This document shows positions 1 through 9,612 of a stretch of DNA of 64,000 bases, piece by piece. The stretch's first letter is position 1, and each line of letters begins with the position of its first letter. The notes beneath the pieces were generated by a model that worked only from the letters and a program-made list of their open reading frames with translations, had not been told where the DNA came from and did not search any database. This DNA comes from Flavobacteriaceae bacterium (GTDB taxonomy: Bacteria > Bacteroidota > Bacteroidia > Flavobacteriales > Flavobacteriaceae): the NCBI GenBank assembly GCA_965657365.1, contig CBFHOD010000005.1, forward strand, positions 1,137 through 65,136. The letters are read 5' to 3'. Both the position numbers and the translations under genes were made by a program.

Positions 1-784
1 TATCTGCTCCATGCTCTGCTTGACTTAACAAATCAGCCGCAATAAATGATGCATTCGCAGATTCATCAGCCATCACCAATAGTTCACTTGGTCCAGCTGG
101 CATGTCTATAGCTACTCCAAATTTAGTAGCTAGCTGTTTTGCAACAGTTACAAACTGATTACCAGGACCAAATATTTTATAAACTTTTGGAATGGTTTCT
201 GTTCCGAAAGTTAATCCTGAAATCGCTTGGATCCCTCCTACTTTATAGATATTAGTAACACCACAAAGGCTAGCAGCATATAAAATTTCATTAGCAATTT
301 CACCCTCTTTATTTGGAGGCGAGCACAGAATAATTTCCTGGCATCCTGCAATTTTTGCCGGAATAGCTAACATTAGAACTGTAGAAAATAGTGGTGCAGT
401 TCCTCCAGGAATATACAAACCAACTTTCTGTATGGGTCTTTTTTCTTGCCAACAAACTACACCTTGCGTGGTTTCTTGATATACTTTCTCTGTTTTTTGA
501 GCACTGTGAAATTTTTCAATATTAGCAGCTGCCAATTGAATAGCTGATTTTAATTCATCAGAGACGGACTGAACTGCCGTCTTAATTTCATCTTGAGTAA
601 CTAAAAATGATGACAACTTAACCTTATCAAATTGTTTCGTGTATGTACTGATAGCCTTGTCGCCATTTACCTGAACATCATCAAAAACTTCATTGACTGT
701 TGCTTCAATTTCTTTAACCGTTTGTGTTGGTCTTTTTAAGATTTGAGACCACTGATCTCTTCTGGGAAATAGTATATTTTTCAT
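1..784 (-). CDS. hisD: Histidinol dehydrogenase (3' end runs off the window)
   Basis: Not in the ORF track. Manual translation from ATG at 784 (TAATG overlap with the hisG stop) gives MKNILFPRRDQWSQILKRP...VGLYIPGGTAPLFSTVLMLAIPAKIAGC...KIFGPGNQFV...IDMPAGPSELLV...DLLSQAEHG, all HisD motifs. Confidence 0.96.
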   Translation of the reverse strand, partial: MKNILFPRRDQWSQILKRPTQTVKEIEATVNEVFDDVQVNGDKAISTYTKQFDKVKLSSFLVTQDEIKTAVQSVSDELKSAIQLAAANIEKFHSAQKTEKVYQETTQGVVCWQEKRPIQKVGLYIPGGTAPLFSTVLMLAIPAKIAGCQEIILCSPPNKEGEIANEILYAASLCGVTNIYKVGGIQAISGLTFGTETIPKVYKIFGPGNQFVTVAKQLATKFGVAIDMPAGPSELLVMADESANASFIAADLLSQAEHGAD

Positions 785-1641
785 TACAATACCATTTTCT
801 CAATTGGACAAACTAAAATACCTTCTGCTCCTTTTTCTTTTAATTCATCTATAATTTCCCAAAATTGGTGTTTACTAATTACTGAATGCACAGAACTCCA
901 ACCTTCTTCTGCCAAAGGCAAAACTGTTGGGCTTCTCATTCCTGGCAATACTTTTAAAATATCTTGCAACTTATTGTTTGGTGCATTCATCAAAACATAT
1001 TTAGAATTTCTCCCTCTTAAAACGGATTCAATTCTAGACTGAAATTTGTTTAAAATACGTTGCTTTTCATCAGATAATTTTGGTGATAAAGCCAATACTG
1101 CCTCAGATTCTAGCAAAACAGCAACTTCTTTTAAATTATTTTTGAATAAGGTGCTACCACTAGATACAATATCACAAATACCATCAGCTAATCCAATATT
1201 TGGTGCAATTTCTACAGAACCGTTTATAATGTGAATATCTGTATTGATTCCTTTGTCTTGTACATATTTTTTTACGGTGTTTGGATAGGAAGTAGCTATT
1301 TTTTTATTGGTAAAATAATCAATGCCTGTGTAGGTTTCATTTTTTGAGATCGCTAGAGAAACTTTGCACTTTGAAAACCCTAAACGTTGCGTAAATGTAA
1401 TCTCCTCTCCTTTTTCAATCAATACATTTTCACCAATAATAGCAATGTCTACAACACCATCTTTCAGATACTGAGGAATATCACCATTTCTTAAATAAAA
1501 AACCTCTAGAGGAAAGTTTCTAGCCGAGGCTTTTAATTGATCTTTTCCGTTATCTATTGAGATTCCACAATCTTTAATAATTTTAAGGGAGTCTTCATTT
1601 AATCTCCCAGATTTTTGAATTGCAATTCTTAATGTAGTCAT
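784..1641 (-). CDS. hisG: ATP phosphoribosyltransferase (long form)
   Basis: LRIAIQKSGRL, IATSYP, GSVEIAPNIGLADGICDIVSSGSTL and the C-terminal regulatory domain; adjacent to hisD. Confidence 0.97.
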   Translation of the reverse strand: MTTLRIAIQKSGRLNEDSLKIIKDCGISIDNGKDQLKASARNFPLEVFYLRNGDIPQYLKDGVVDIAIIGENVLIEKGEEITFTQRLGFSKCKVSLAISKNETYTGIDYFTNKKIATSYPNTVKKYVQDKGINTDIHIINGSVEIAPNIGLADGICDIVSSGSTLFKNNLKEVAVLLESEAVLALSPKLSDEKQRILNKFQSRIESVLRGRNSKYVLMNAPNNKLQDILKVLPGMRSPTVLPLAEEGWSSVHSVISKHQFWEIIDELKEKGAEGILVCPIEKMVL

Positions 1642-1701
1642 AATATTATTCCGATAGTTCGGTTATTTTTTAAATAATTTGAAAAAATCAAAGAGTTATA
1701 T

Positions 1702-1737
1702 AAAAAAAGAAACCCGTTTGATTGTCTCAAACGGGTT
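1702..1737 (-). terminator. Attenuator terminator of the his operon leader
   Basis: 11-bp stem AACCCGTTTGA / TCAAACGGGTT (1711-1721 / 1727-1737) followed on the minus strand by TCTTTTTTT; lies between the His-rich leader and hisG. Confidence 0.88.
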
Positions 1738-1767
1738 GTTAATATGCTGAATTTAATCAATACACTT

Positions 1768-1824
1768 TTACTTCGCCTGAGTCGAATGGTAAAAATGATG
1801 ATGATGATTTTGATTAAATTTCAT
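1768..1824 (-). CDS. hisL: His operon leader peptide MKFNQNHHHHFYHSTQAK (18 aa)
   Basis: ATG AAA TTT AAT CAA AAT CAT CAT CAT CAT TTT TAC CAT TCG ACT CAG GCG AAG TAA on the minus strand; 5 His codons, 4 consecutive, directly upstream of a terminator and hisG. Confidence 0.9.
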   Translation of the reverse strand: MKFNQNHHHHFYHSTQAK

Positions 1825-1849
1825 TTCTTTAAATGTTAAGCAAATTTTG

Positions 1850-1857
1850 CAAATTTA
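1850..1857 (-). promoter_or_regulatory. Bacteroidota -7 promoter element (TAAATTTG) for the his leader/operon
   Basis: Matches the TAnnTTTG consensus about 25 nt upstream of the leader ATG. Confidence 0.6.
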
Positions 1858-1961
1858 TTTCTGCAAAACCAAACATAATGGTTTATTTATTTGTTAAAAA
1901 CTCCTTTTTATGATATTCTAAAATTTTGAATTAAATTTTTAAGAATTAACTATGTTTACTA

Positions 1962-3272
1962 TTAATTTTTTGAGACTTCATAATTATCATCCCAATTTTT
2001 CTGAGTAGGAGTTCCTAATTTATCTACAGATAAAGCAACTAACATCGATACTGCTGCATCACCTGTAACATTAACCACTGTTCTACACATATCTAAAGGT
2101 CTGTCTACAGCAAAAATAAGAGCCAAGCCTGCTTCAGGAATTCCAGCATATCCTAAAACACCTACCAACATGACCATTCCAGCACCTGGAACTGCTGCTG
2201 AACCAATTGAAGCTAAGGTTGCTGTTGCAATAATACCTAACTGTGTACCAAAAGACAAATCCATACCAAATGCTTGTGCAATAAAAACCGCAGCAACTGC
2301 TTGGTATAAACTAGTTCCATCCATATTTATAGTGGCACCAATAGGTAAAACAAAACTTGCTACTTCTTCTTCTACTCCAATATGTTCTGTAACTCTTTCC
2401 ATAGTAACAGGTAAAGTTGCTGCACTTGAACTGGTAGAAAATGCAAGCAATTGTGCTGGTGAGATCGCTTTCATAAAAAAGCTTGGTCTTTTTTTTGTAA
2501 ATACATAAACTAGAATATTGTAAAAAACAATCATTAAAGCTAATCCTAAGACTACAGTCAATGCATACCAAGCCAAAGCTTTGAATAAATCTACACTTGG
2601 AGATTCTGCTACCAAAGCTGCTAATAATGCGAAAACACCATAAGGTGCTGCTAACATTATTAAATCAACCATCTTGAGAATAACCTCATTAAAACCGTCA
2701 AAAAAACCTTTTACTGTTTTTCCTTTTTCTTCAGGGATTAGAATTAATCCTATTCCAAAAAACATTGCAAAGAAAATTACTTGTAGCATATTTCTGTTGC
2801 TTGTGGCAGCAGAAAAAATATTTTGTGGGACCAAATCGATTAGGGCTTGTAATGGGCCACTTTCTTTTTGCTTAGATGCCTCATCTTTATATTTTGTGGT
2901 ATTATCACTATAACCATCAACTAATTCTACTCTGGTTTTCTCAGAAATAGAATTACCAGGCTTAACAATATTAACAAGAAGTAAACCAATGGAAACTGCA
3001 ATAACAGTGGTTATTACATAAGTAACTATAGTTCTGCCACCCATTCTAGATAGTTTAGAGATGTCTTTTAAATCAGAGACTCCTTTTATCAGCGCCGCAA
3101 GTATTAATGGAATTGCAATCAATTTTAATGAATTTATAAATATGGTACCAAAGGGTTTTATCCAATCTTTGATAAATTCTTTTCCAAAATCAAAATTTGT
3201 CATTATTAAAGCAAAAATTACTCCTAATAACATTCCTAATAATATCTGCCAATGCAGTGCTAATTTCTTCAT
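1962..3272 (-). CDS. Dicarboxylate/amino acid:cation symporter (DAACS, GltP/GltT-like)
   Basis: AFSTSSSAATLP, LPIGATINMDGT, IGSAAVPG and DRPLDMCRTVVNVTGD motifs. Confidence 0.93.
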   Translation of the reverse strand: MKKLALHWQILLGMLLGVIFALIMTNFDFGKEFIKDWIKPFGTIFINSLKLIAIPLILAALIKGVSDLKDISKLSRMGGRTIVTYVITTVIAVSIGLLLVNIVKPGNSISEKTRVELVDGYSDNTTKYKDEASKQKESGPLQALIDLVPQNIFSAATSNRNMLQVIFFAMFFGIGLILIPEEKGKTVKGFFDGFNEVILKMVDLIMLAAPYGVFALLAALVAESPSVDLFKALAWYALTVVLGLALMIVFYNILVYVFTKKRPSFFMKAISPAQLLAFSTSSSAATLPVTMERVTEHIGVEEEVASFVLPIGATINMDGTSLYQAVAAVFIAQAFGMDLSFGTQLGIIATATLASIGSAAVPGAGMVMLVGVLGYAGIPEAGLALIFAVDRPLDMCRTVVNVTGDAAVSMLVALSVDKLGTPTQKNWDDNYEVSKN

Positions 3273-3402
3273 TATTATGTCTTATAAAATTATTTGCTTG
3301 AAAGATAAATAAAATACTAGATATATAATCTTTTTAATCTTATCTAGTTTCGCTTTTTTATCAATAGTTAATCCTTTATTTTTGCCGGTATATTTATTTT
3401 TA

Positions 3403-3720
3403 ATGGAGAAATTAAAAACACGTTGGGGCATAACTTCTAATTTTCAAATAGTTCTAATTTTTATTGTTTTTGCTATTAATGGTTCTTTTGCTGCTTGGGT
3501 TGCAGAACCTGTTATGTCTGTATTAGGAATTTATAAATCATCAACAAATGGTTTATTATATTGGCCGCTAAGAATACTAATTATTTTTCCAATATATCAA
3601 TTAACACTTCCAATTGTAGGATTCTTATTTGGTCAATTTAAGTTTTTTTGGGATTTTGAAAAAAAATTTTTGCGGAGAGTAGGTTTTGGATTTCTTTTCA
3701 AAAAGAAAAATAATCTATGA
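3403..3720 (+). CDS. Small conserved membrane protein (DUF6787-like)
   Basis: Hydrophobic segments with LKxRWGI and FFWxFEKK. ATG 3403 is preferred over TTG 3382 because that TTG lies inside a TATTTTTG promoter motif (3377-3384). Confidence 0.7.
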   Translation: MEKLKTRWGITSNFQIVLIFIVFAINGSFAAWVAEPVMSVLGIYKSSTNGLLYWPLRILIIFPIYQLTLPIVGFLFGQFKFFWDFEKKFLRRVGFGFLFKKKNNL

Positions 3721-4355
3721 CGTTTGAGCTCTTTAAAAACCATATAGATCAGATAAAAAGTATTAAATCGCTGGGCGTTGAAGCTCAATTTAAATTAGCT
3801 CCCAAAATGCGTTTAGGGTATGATGCACAAAAAATACGAGCAAGTAAACCAAAAATTGCAGCAGTTTTAGCACTTTTTTATCCAAATGAAAAAAATAAAG
3901 TTTCTTTATTACTGACAAAAAGAGCTAGTTACAACGGAACTCATTCCGCACAAATAAGTTTTCCTGGAGGTAAAACTGAAAAATCAGATCTCAATTTAAA
4001 AGAAACTGCACTTAGAGAAACTTATGAGGAGGTTGGAATTTTAAAAGAAAACATTAAAATGATTAGAGAAATTACAGAGGTTTATATTCCTCCAAGTAAT
4101 TTTTTAGTGACTCCATTTATTGGCCTGACCAATTCAAAACCAGTATTTAAATTAAATCCTGAAGTTGCTAAAATTATAGAGATTTCACTTTTTGATCTTT
4201 TAAATGATAACAATATAGGAGCAATAGCAATAACAAACTCATATATGAGTGAAACTTCTGTACCATGTTTTAATATTAATGGTTCAATTATATGGGGAGC
4301 TACGGCAATGATCTTGAGTGAAATTAAAGAGATCTTAAAAAATATCAAACCATAA
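3717..4355 (+). CDS. Nudix hydrolase, CoA pyrophosphatase family
   Basis: LLTKRA...HSAQISFPGG plus the Nudix box ALRETYEEVG and IWGATA. Confidence 0.9.
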   Translation: MTFELFKNHIDQIKSIKSLGVEAQFKLAPKMRLGYDAQKIRASKPKIAAVLALFYPNEKNKVSLLLTKRASYNGTHSAQISFPGGKTEKSDLNLKETALRETYEEVGILKENIKMIREITEVYIPPSNFLVTPFIGLTNSKPVFKLNPEVAKIIEISLFDLLNDNNIGAIAITNSYMSETSVPCFNINGSIIWGATAMILSEIKEILKNIKP

Positions 4356-4398
4356 ATTCTTTTGTACTTTAGCAAGTAATTTATAACAACTACCATTA

Positions 4399-5208
4399 AT
4401 GCCTTTAATTAAAAAGAATCCTTTTGGCCATATTTTATGGATTAAAAAAATGCTAATTAGAATTCTCGGTGTGATTTCCCATAGCCGCTACAGAAGTTTT
4501 AATAATTTACAGATTGAAGGTTCTGAGATTTTAAGAAATCTTCCTGATAATAATGTGCTTTTCATTTCTAACCACCAAACCTATTTTGCAGATGTAGCTG
4601 CTATGTTTCATGTATTTAATGCTTCTTTAAAAGGTAGGGATGATAATATTAAAAATGTTGGTTACATATGGAATCCAAAACTAAACTTATACTATATTGC
4701 CGCAGGGGAAACAATGCGTTCTGGTATATTACCAAAAATATTTGCTTACACAGGCTCTGTATCTATTGATAGAACTTGGAGAAGTGCTGGAGAAAATGTA
4801 AGTAGACAGGTGAAAATGTCGGACATTTCAAACATAAGTATGGCTTTAGATGATGGCTGGGTAATTACTTTTCCTCAAGGAACAACAACCCCTTTCAAAC
4901 CAATTAGAAGGGGAACTGCACACATTATTAAAACATATAAACCTATTGTAGTTCCAATCGTTATTGATGGATTTAGACGCTCTTTTGATAAAAAAGGTTT
5001 AATGATAAAGAAAAGAAATGTACTTCAGTCTATGGTTGTAAAAGAGCCCCTTAAAATTGATTATGAAAATGATGAAATTTCTGATATTGTTACTAAAATA
5101 GAATATGCCATAGAACAGCACCCATCTTTCTTGAAAGTCATTTCAACTGATGATTATGCTAAACAAGAGGATGAATTACATAAAAAACGTAAGTTTTGGA
5201 ATCTTTAA
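4399..5208 (+). CDS. 1-acyl-sn-glycerol-3-phosphate / lysophospholipid acyltransferase family
   Basis: NHQTYFAD (HX4D-like) and ITFPQGTT motifs. Confidence 0.85.
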   Translation: MPLIKKNPFGHILWIKKMLIRILGVISHSRYRSFNNLQIEGSEILRNLPDNNVLFISNHQTYFADVAAMFHVFNASLKGRDDNIKNVGYIWNPKLNLYYIAAGETMRSGILPKIFAYTGSVSIDRTWRSAGENVSRQVKMSDISNISMALDDGWVITFPQGTTTPFKPIRRGTAHIIKTYKPIVVPIVIDGFRRSFDKKGLMIKKRNVLQSMVVKEPLKIDYENDEISDIVTKIEYAIEQHPSFLKVISTDDYAKQEDELHKKRKFWNL

Positions 5209-5310
5209 ACAATCTTTACTTTTTCAATTTCTATTTTCATTAATAATATTTTAAATCAACCATAGTTATTGTTGATAGTTTTTATTATTTTTATAATAAA
5301 TTATTATACC

Positions 5311-6252
5311 ATGACCATAACCCAATTAAAATATGTTCTTTCAGTAGCAGAATATAAAAATTTTACTATTGCTGCTGAGCATAGTTTTGTTACTCAACCA
5401 ACACTTAGTATGCAAATTCAAAAATTAGAAGATCATTTGGGTATTTTAATTTTTAATCGTTCTAAAAAACCTATTGAGCTAACAGATTTGGGATTAAAAG
5501 TTGTGGAGCAAGCTAAAGTTATTGTTAATGAAAGTAATAGAATCATAGATATAGTTCATCAACATAAAGGTTTTGTAGGAGGAGAATTTAAACTTGGTAT
5601 TATTCCTACAGTGATGCCAACACTACTCCCCATGTTTCTAAATAATTTCACTAAGAAATATCCAAAAGTAAAATTGATCATAGAAGAACTTACCACTGAA
5701 GAAATTATAAAAAAACTATCAGACAACCATCTAGACGCTGGTTTAGCCGCTACACCTCTTGAAAATGAAATGATCAAGGAAATGCCTTTATATTATGAAC
5801 CTTTTGTTGGATTAATTCCGGAAGAACATCGTTTATTTCATAAGAAAAAAATTGAATCAAATGAATTGGAAATGGAAGATATATTGCTATTAGAAGACGG
5901 GCATTGTTTTAAAGATAGTATCATTAATTTATGTAGAACTTATAAAGCAGATAATAATAAAGGGTTTCAGTTGGAAAGTGGAAGTTTTAATACACTCATA
6001 AAACTTTCAAAAGAAGGCTTAGGAATGACACTATTACCGTATTTGCACACGCTTGATTTAAATGAAATTGACAAAAAACTTCTTAGAGATTTTACATCTC
6101 CTCGACCTGCTAGAGAAGTAAGTTTAATCTATCACAAATCTCAATTAAAGATGCAATTAATTGAAGCCTTAAAAAGTTCAATTGATGGAGTAATTCGTGG
6201 TGCTATCTCCTTTAGTGACGTTAAAATAATTAGTCCTTTGAAAAATAAGTAA
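5311..6252 (+). CDS. oxyR: Hydrogen peroxide-inducible LysR regulator OxyR
   Basis: N-terminal HTH (VTQPTLSMQIQKLE) and redox Cys pair EDGHCFKDSIINLC; start MTITQL at 5311. Confidence 0.88.
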   Translation: MTITQLKYVLSVAEYKNFTIAAEHSFVTQPTLSMQIQKLEDHLGILIFNRSKKPIELTDLGLKVVEQAKVIVNESNRIIDIVHQHKGFVGGEFKLGIIPTVMPTLLPMFLNNFTKKYPKVKLIIEELTTEEIIKKLSDNHLDAGLAATPLENEMIKEMPLYYEPFVGLIPEEHRLFHKKKIESNELEMEDILLLEDGHCFKDSIINLCRTYKADNNKGFQLESGSFNTLIKLSKEGLGMTLLPYLHTLDLNEIDKKLLRDFTSPRPAREVSLIYHKSQLKMQLIEALKSSIDGVIRGAISFSDVKIISPLKNK

Positions 6253-6258
6253 TTATAT

Positions 6259-7878
6259 TTATTGATACATTTTCTCTCTAAGAGTTTTTACTTTTGAATC
6301 TGATAAATATTCATCAAAAGAGGTTTCTCTATCTATAACACCATTAGGCGTTATCTCTATGATTCTATCTGCTACAGTTTGAGCGAATTCGTGGTCATGT
6401 GTTGAAAATAACACAGTTCCAGAAAAGTTTATCAATGAGTTATTTAAAGCCTGTATAGATTCTAAATCTAAATGATTTGTTGGTTCGTCTAGAAGTAAAA
6501 CATTAGCTCTTTTCATCATCATTCTAGAGAGCATACACCTTACTTTTTCACCACCTGATAAAACATTACTTTTCTTTAAAGCTTCTTCACCAGAAAAAAT
6601 CATTTTACCAAGAAAACCTCTTAAAAAAACTTCTTCTCTTTCTTCTTCTGTTTGTGCATATTGACGAAGCCAATCCACTAAATTTAAATTACCATCTTGA
6701 AAAAATGATGAGTTATCTAGAGGTAAATAGGATTGAGTTGTGGTAACACCCCAGTTAAATTTTCCGGTGTCTGGTTTTTCTCCTCCAGCAATAATTTCAT
6801 AAAAAGCAGATATTGCTTTAGAGTTTTTAGAAATTATAGCAATTTTGTCACCTTTATTTAGGTTAATGTTTATGTTATCAAATAAAGTTCCATCTGATGA
6901 GGTTTTTGATAACCCCTCAATATTTAAAATTTGGTCTCCTGCTTCACGTTCACTTTTAAATATAATGGCAGGATAGCGTCTGCTTGAGGGCTTAATGTCA
7001 TCTACATTTAATTTCTCTATCATTTTTTTTCTACTCGTTGCCTGTTTAGATTTGGCAACATTGGCTGAAAATCGTCTGATAAAATCTTCTAGTTCTTTCT
7101 TTTTGTCTTCTGCTTTTTTATTTTGTTGTGCTCTTTGTTTTGCTGCTAGTTGAGAGGATTCATACCAAAATGTATAATTTCCAGAAAAATGATTAATTTT
7201 TCCAAAATCTATATCAGAAATGTGAGTACAAACAGCATCTAAAAAATGTCGATCATGAGAAACAACAATGACAGTATTGTCAAAATTTGCTAAAAAATTC
7301 TCTAACCAAGCAATGGTCTCAAAATCTAAATCATTTGTAGGCTCATCCATAATTAACACATCTGGATTACCAAAAAGTGCTTGAGCAATTAATACACGAA
7401 CTTTTTGTTTACCATCAAGTTCACTCATCAAGGTGTAATGATGCTCTTCCTTTATTCCTAAATTTGAGAGCATAGCTGCAGCGTCAGAATCTGCATTCCA
7501 ACCATTCATCTCCTCAAATTTTACTTGTAGCTCCCCTATCTTATCTGCATTTTCATCAGTGTAATCAGCGTAAAGTGCGTCAATTTCGGATTTAATGGCA
7601 AATAAATCTTTATTTCCCATAACTACAGTTTCTAAGACAGGAAAATCATCAAAAGCATAATGGTCTTGAGTTAAAACAGACATTCTTTTTCCTGATTCCA
7701 AAGATACATGACCTGAAGTTGGATCCATTTTCCCTGAAATGATTTTTAAAAAAGTAGATTTACCCGCTCCATTAGCGCCTATGATACCATAACAATTTCC
7801 ATGTAGAAATTTTGTATTTACTTCATCAAATAAAACTCGTTTTCCAAACTGGACTGATAAATTTGAAACTGATAACAT
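6259..7878 (-). CDS. ABC-F family ATPase (YbiT-like)
   Basis: Tandem ABC domains (GANGAGKST; LSGGEKVR; DEPTN twice), no transmembrane segments. Confidence 0.93.
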   Translation of the reverse strand: MLSVSNLSVQFGKRVLFDEVNTKFLHGNCYGIIGANGAGKSTFLKIISGKMDPTSGHVSLESGKRMSVLTQDHYAFDDFPVLETVVMGNKDLFAIKSEIDALYADYTDENADKIGELQVKFEEMNGWNADSDAAAMLSNLGIKEEHHYTLMSELDGKQKVRVLIAQALFGNPDVLIMDEPTNDLDFETIAWLENFLANFDNTVIVVSHDRHFLDAVCTHISDIDFGKINHFSGNYTFWYESSQLAAKQRAQQNKKAEDKKKELEDFIRRFSANVAKSKQATSRKKMIEKLNVDDIKPSSRRYPAIIFKSEREAGDQILNIEGLSKTSSDGTLFDNININLNKGDKIAIISKNSKAISAFYEIIAGGEKPDTGKFNWGVTTTQSYLPLDNSSFFQDGNLNLVDWLRQYAQTEEEREEVFLRGFLGKMIFSGEEALKKSNVLSGGEKVRCMLSRMMMKRANVLLLDEPTNHLDLESIQALNNSLINFSGTVLFSTHDHEFAQTVADRIIEITPNGVIDRETSFDEYLSDSKVKTLREKMYQ

Positions 7879-8027
7879 TTATGTTTTTTTATTTTTTTTG
7901 CAAAAATACTAAATTGATTTAGGTTTTTAATCAAAATTATGAATGATTAACTCACAAAACAGCTTTTTCTTGTACTCTAAATTTGCTTGTCAAGTATATA
8001 AAAACATAATATTGTTGATTATCTCTT

Positions 8028-8047
8028 TTAACAAGCAATTAACAAGC
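8028..8047 (+). promoter_or_regulatory. 11-bp-period direct repeat TTAACAAGC-aa-TTAACAAGC, candidate regulator site
   Basis: Perfect 9-mer tandem repeat just upstream of a TATTTTTG -7 motif (8066-8073) in a divergent promoter region. Confidence 0.45.
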
Positions 8048-8080
8048 TTGCCTTATTTAGATATGTATTTTTGTATAGTA

Positions 8081-9478
8081 ATGCGTTTTATAAATAATAC
8101 TTTTAGATCTAATAGGATTATAATATTTTTTTTGGTCACAATTATTACCAGTTGTGAAACAAAAACTGTATGTGATAGTACATATTTTGGAGGAAAAATA
8201 ATTAATCCTAAAAGCGACCATGTGGTTTTATTTGATAATAAAATTCCTCTAGACACTTTTTATTTAAACAACGATAACTCATTTTTAGGTGAAATACCCG
8301 CTTTAAATGAAGGTCTTTTTTATTTTAAACATGGCAATGAACATCAATATGTTTACCTCAATCCCAAAGACAGTTTATTAATACGGTTGAATACTTGGAA
8401 TTTTGATGAAACACTTGTCTTTAGTGGAAAAGGAGCTGAAAAAAATAATTTATTAATTGATAGTTTTATCGAATCAGAAAAAGATAAAAAAATATTTTAT
8501 TCTTATTATGATTTACCACCATCCGAATTCATTGATAAAGTTACTAAAATTGAAGAAACAAAATTATCTATCTATCATGACTACATAACAAACTTTGCTG
8601 AATCGACTGATAAGTTTAATAATGTTCTCAAGATTGCTCTCACCTATCCGCTGTATTCTAAAGTTGAAAACTATCCGCTAGCACACTCAGCAAAAATAAA
8701 TGATGAAATACATGTAGATTTAACTTCAAACTTCTATAAACATAGAGAAATTATTTCTTCAGAAAAAGATGATTTGATGTTTTTTTATGCATACAGAGAT
8801 TATATTGTTAGCAGTTTATACAATAAAGCTCATTCTTTAGGACATGATTTGACTTCTGATGAATTCACTATTGATTTACTTAATACTACACATGAAGAAT
8901 TATTTGACTATGAAAATTCTAGAAATGATATGTTAAGAAAAATCTTTATCACACATTTTTATAGAAATTCATCAAGCGATATCAATCAAGAAATATTTAA
9001 TGTTTACTTGAAATTGAGTACAAGCCTAAAAGATCAAACGTTAGCCAAAAATCTCATTTTAGACAGTAAAAAAATCAAGAAAGGTATTCTATTAAAGGAT
9101 TTTAAAATCACTGACTACAATAAGACAAAAAGGTCTATCAAAAAACTTTGTAAAAATAAAAAAACAGTGTTATTTTTTTGGAATCCGGAATTTTTAAGCA
9201 AAGATTTTATTGCTACTAGAATTAAAAATCTATCTAAAAAATATTCATCATTAAATTTTATTGGTGTTAAAATTATTGGAGACCATAATGATAGAATCTA
9301 TAAGTTAGACATTAAATCTCAGTACTACCTTGATGAGGATAGTAAAGCTAATTTATTTTTATCTAGTAAATTACCCAGAACTATATTAATTGACGAAAAA
9401 GGTTATGTTACAAACGACTATGCATCTTTATCTTCAAGAAAAATCTTTAAGCAAATTGAACTTTTAGCTAAAAAGTAA
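8081..9478 (+). CDS. Lipoprotein with C-terminal thioredoxin-like (TlpA-like) fold, lacking CxxC
   Basis: Signal plus lipobox (IITSC) from ATG 8081; C-terminal LFFWNPEF...LPRTILIDEKG resembles TlpA/ResA but has no CxxC. Confidence 0.65.
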   Translation: MRFINNTFRSNRIIIFFLVTIITSCETKTVCDSTYFGGKIINPKSDHVVLFDNKIPLDTFYLNNDNSFLGEIPALNEGLFYFKHGNEHQYVYLNPKDSLLIRLNTWNFDETLVFSGKGAEKNNLLIDSFIESEKDKKIFYSYYDLPPSEFIDKVTKIEETKLSIYHDYITNFAESTDKFNNVLKIALTYPLYSKVENYPLAHSAKINDEIHVDLTSNFYKHREIISSEKDDLMFFYAYRDYIVSSLYNKAHSLGHDLTSDEFTIDLLNTTHEELFDYENSRNDMLRKIFITHFYRNSSSDINQEIFNVYLKLSTSLKDQTLAKNLILDSKKIKKGILLKDFKITDYNKTKRSIKKLCKNKKTVLFFWNPEFLSKDFIATRIKNLSKKYSSLNFIGVKIIGDHNDRIYKLDIKSQYYLDEDSKANLFLSSKLPRTILIDEKGYVTNDYASLSSRKIFKQIELLAKK

Positions 9479-9612
9479 AGTTACTAAAACATCCTTTATA
9501 AGTTTATTTACCCTACATTTGCACGTTTTTTAATGAAAACTTCATTTAAAAACAAGTCGTAATATAAATTCAGATTTACAGATGGGTGTCTGTGGATCAA
9601 TAAAACCACAGT

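Noticed and set aside
1795-1808. (ATG/CAT)n microsatellite as a possible phase-variation tract
   Set aside because: It is the His codon run of the leader peptide.
1046-3312. Short antisense or alternate-frame ORFs over hisG and the DAACS symporter, and similar ones elsewhere (e.g. 9930, 11058, 14299, 27062, 31339, 40251, 52328, 59758)
   Set aside because: They overlap strong housekeeping CDSs and have no recognisable motifs.
5262-5300. Possible OxyR autoregulatory box (ATAG...) upstream of oxyR
   Set aside because: Too degenerate relative to the ATAG-N7-CTAT repeat pattern in very AT-rich DNA to support a call.
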